A stretch of DNA of 64,000 bases from Dimorphilus gyrociliatus (taxonomy: Eukaryota > Animalia > Annelida). Below, one piece after another: positions 63,471 to 64,000 of this stretch (its first letter is position 1; each line of letters begins with the position of its first letter). The stretch is from positions 3,590,165 through 3,654,164 of the forward strand of contig CAJFCJ010000005.1 of assembly GCA_904063045.1 (NCBI GenBank), given 5' to 3'. The notes under the pieces are model-generated. The model searched no databases. It was not told the origin of the DNA and saw only the letters and a program-made list of their open reading frames with translations. The position numbers and the translations under genes are program-made.

Positions 63471-64000
63471 TTAGGCATATATTTTTTCAAGCTTGTTGCA
63501 AGATGGTGTTGCCATTTGTGATGCTCTTTCATACATTTTTTGATCACTATAATGTCTAGCTCTCCATAACATATTTTCTTTAAGAGTTCTTTCCTTAAAG
63601 CACTGATGCCTTAAATTCTCAAGATGGTCTGACTCGACACTCTGTTCTAATTGTCGCATAGAGCCATGATATTCCGTATTGAAGTCTCTTTTCACCCAAT
63701 ACGAAATTCTTAAATTTTGTGTTGTTCTCATATGCTGATATTTTCCAGTTTTTGATAAAGAATAATGAGGCTCTGACACGAGAAAGGAGCTAAGCAGCGA
63801 CAAGACAACCAACATTAAAATTGGAGCGAGCTGCAGGAGCATTGTGTAATTTGTTTCCACTTCGGGTTGGGCACCATTCCTTCTACCGGTATGTCTTCTA
63901 TAAGTATATACATTACCTCCTGGAAAGCCACCTCCGAAAAACATATTAAATACTTCCTCTGGTGATATATCGCTCTCGAAGTCATCTGGATAGTGTCGCC
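63471..64000 (-). CDS. DNAJB12: DnaJ homolog subfamily B member 12/14, 3' portion (the 5' end lies beyond the window)
   Basis: FESDISPEEVFNMFFGGGFP (post-J-domain G/F region), TM segment LLQLAPILMLVVLSLLS, and a DUF1977-type luminal domain (PHYSLS...R.T.NL...YWV...LEQSVE...LRHQC...TPSCNKL). DNAJB12 and DNAJB14 cannot be distinguished. Confidence 0.9.
   Translation of the reverse strand, partial: RHYPDDFESDISPEEVFNMFFGGGFPGGNVYTYRRHTGRRNGAQPEVETNYTMLLQLAPILMLVVLSLLSSFLVSEPHYSLSKTGKYQHMRTTQNLRISYWVKRDFNTEYHGSMRQLEQSVESDHLENLRHQCFKERTLKENMLWRARHYSDQKMYERASQMATPSCNKLEKIYA

Noticed and set aside
1-64000. CRISPR arrays, rRNA, tRNA or snRNA genes, autonomous transposons
   Set aside because: I saw no spaced direct-repeat array, cloverleaf or rRNA-like sequence, or transposase/RT ORF by eye. 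A tRNAscan-SE or Infernal run would be needed to exclude small ncRNAs.

Overview
This is a eukaryotic, very AT-rich and gene-dense window with typical introns of about 55-110 bp, so a compact bilaterian genome. A miniaturised lophotrochozoan such as the annelid Dimorphilus is plausible but only inferred. I reconstructed spliced gene models by hand from GT/AG sites and reading phase. In order: Dbx homeobox (-), DUF4200 coiled-coil CCDC42/CFAP73/CCDC197-like gene (+), MTG2/GTPBP5 (+), HELQ (+), PPWD1 (-), a 6-exon orphan gene (-) carrying a Tc1/mariner-type MITE in intron 2, SCAI (-), DHPS (+), a ~4,400-aa Fat-like (FAT1/FAT3/kugelei) cadherin spanning ~24.6 kb (-), intronless ESS2/DGCR14 (-), an iGluR/IR-derived gene (+), three candidate orphan secreted or membrane genes (+), one orphan ORF (-), and the 3' part of DNAJB12/14 (-). 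The top finding is the iGluR-like gene. It encodes a signal peptide, a fused S1S2 ligand-binding clamshell with no M1-M2-M3 pore, and a hydrophobic tail, so it may be a channel-less, possibly GPI-anchored ligand-binding protein. The second is a frame-preserving 33-nt candidate microexon in the Fat cytoplasmic tail, at the position where vertebrate FAT1 has its alternatively spliced +12 exon. I found no rRNA, tRNA or CRISPR features.
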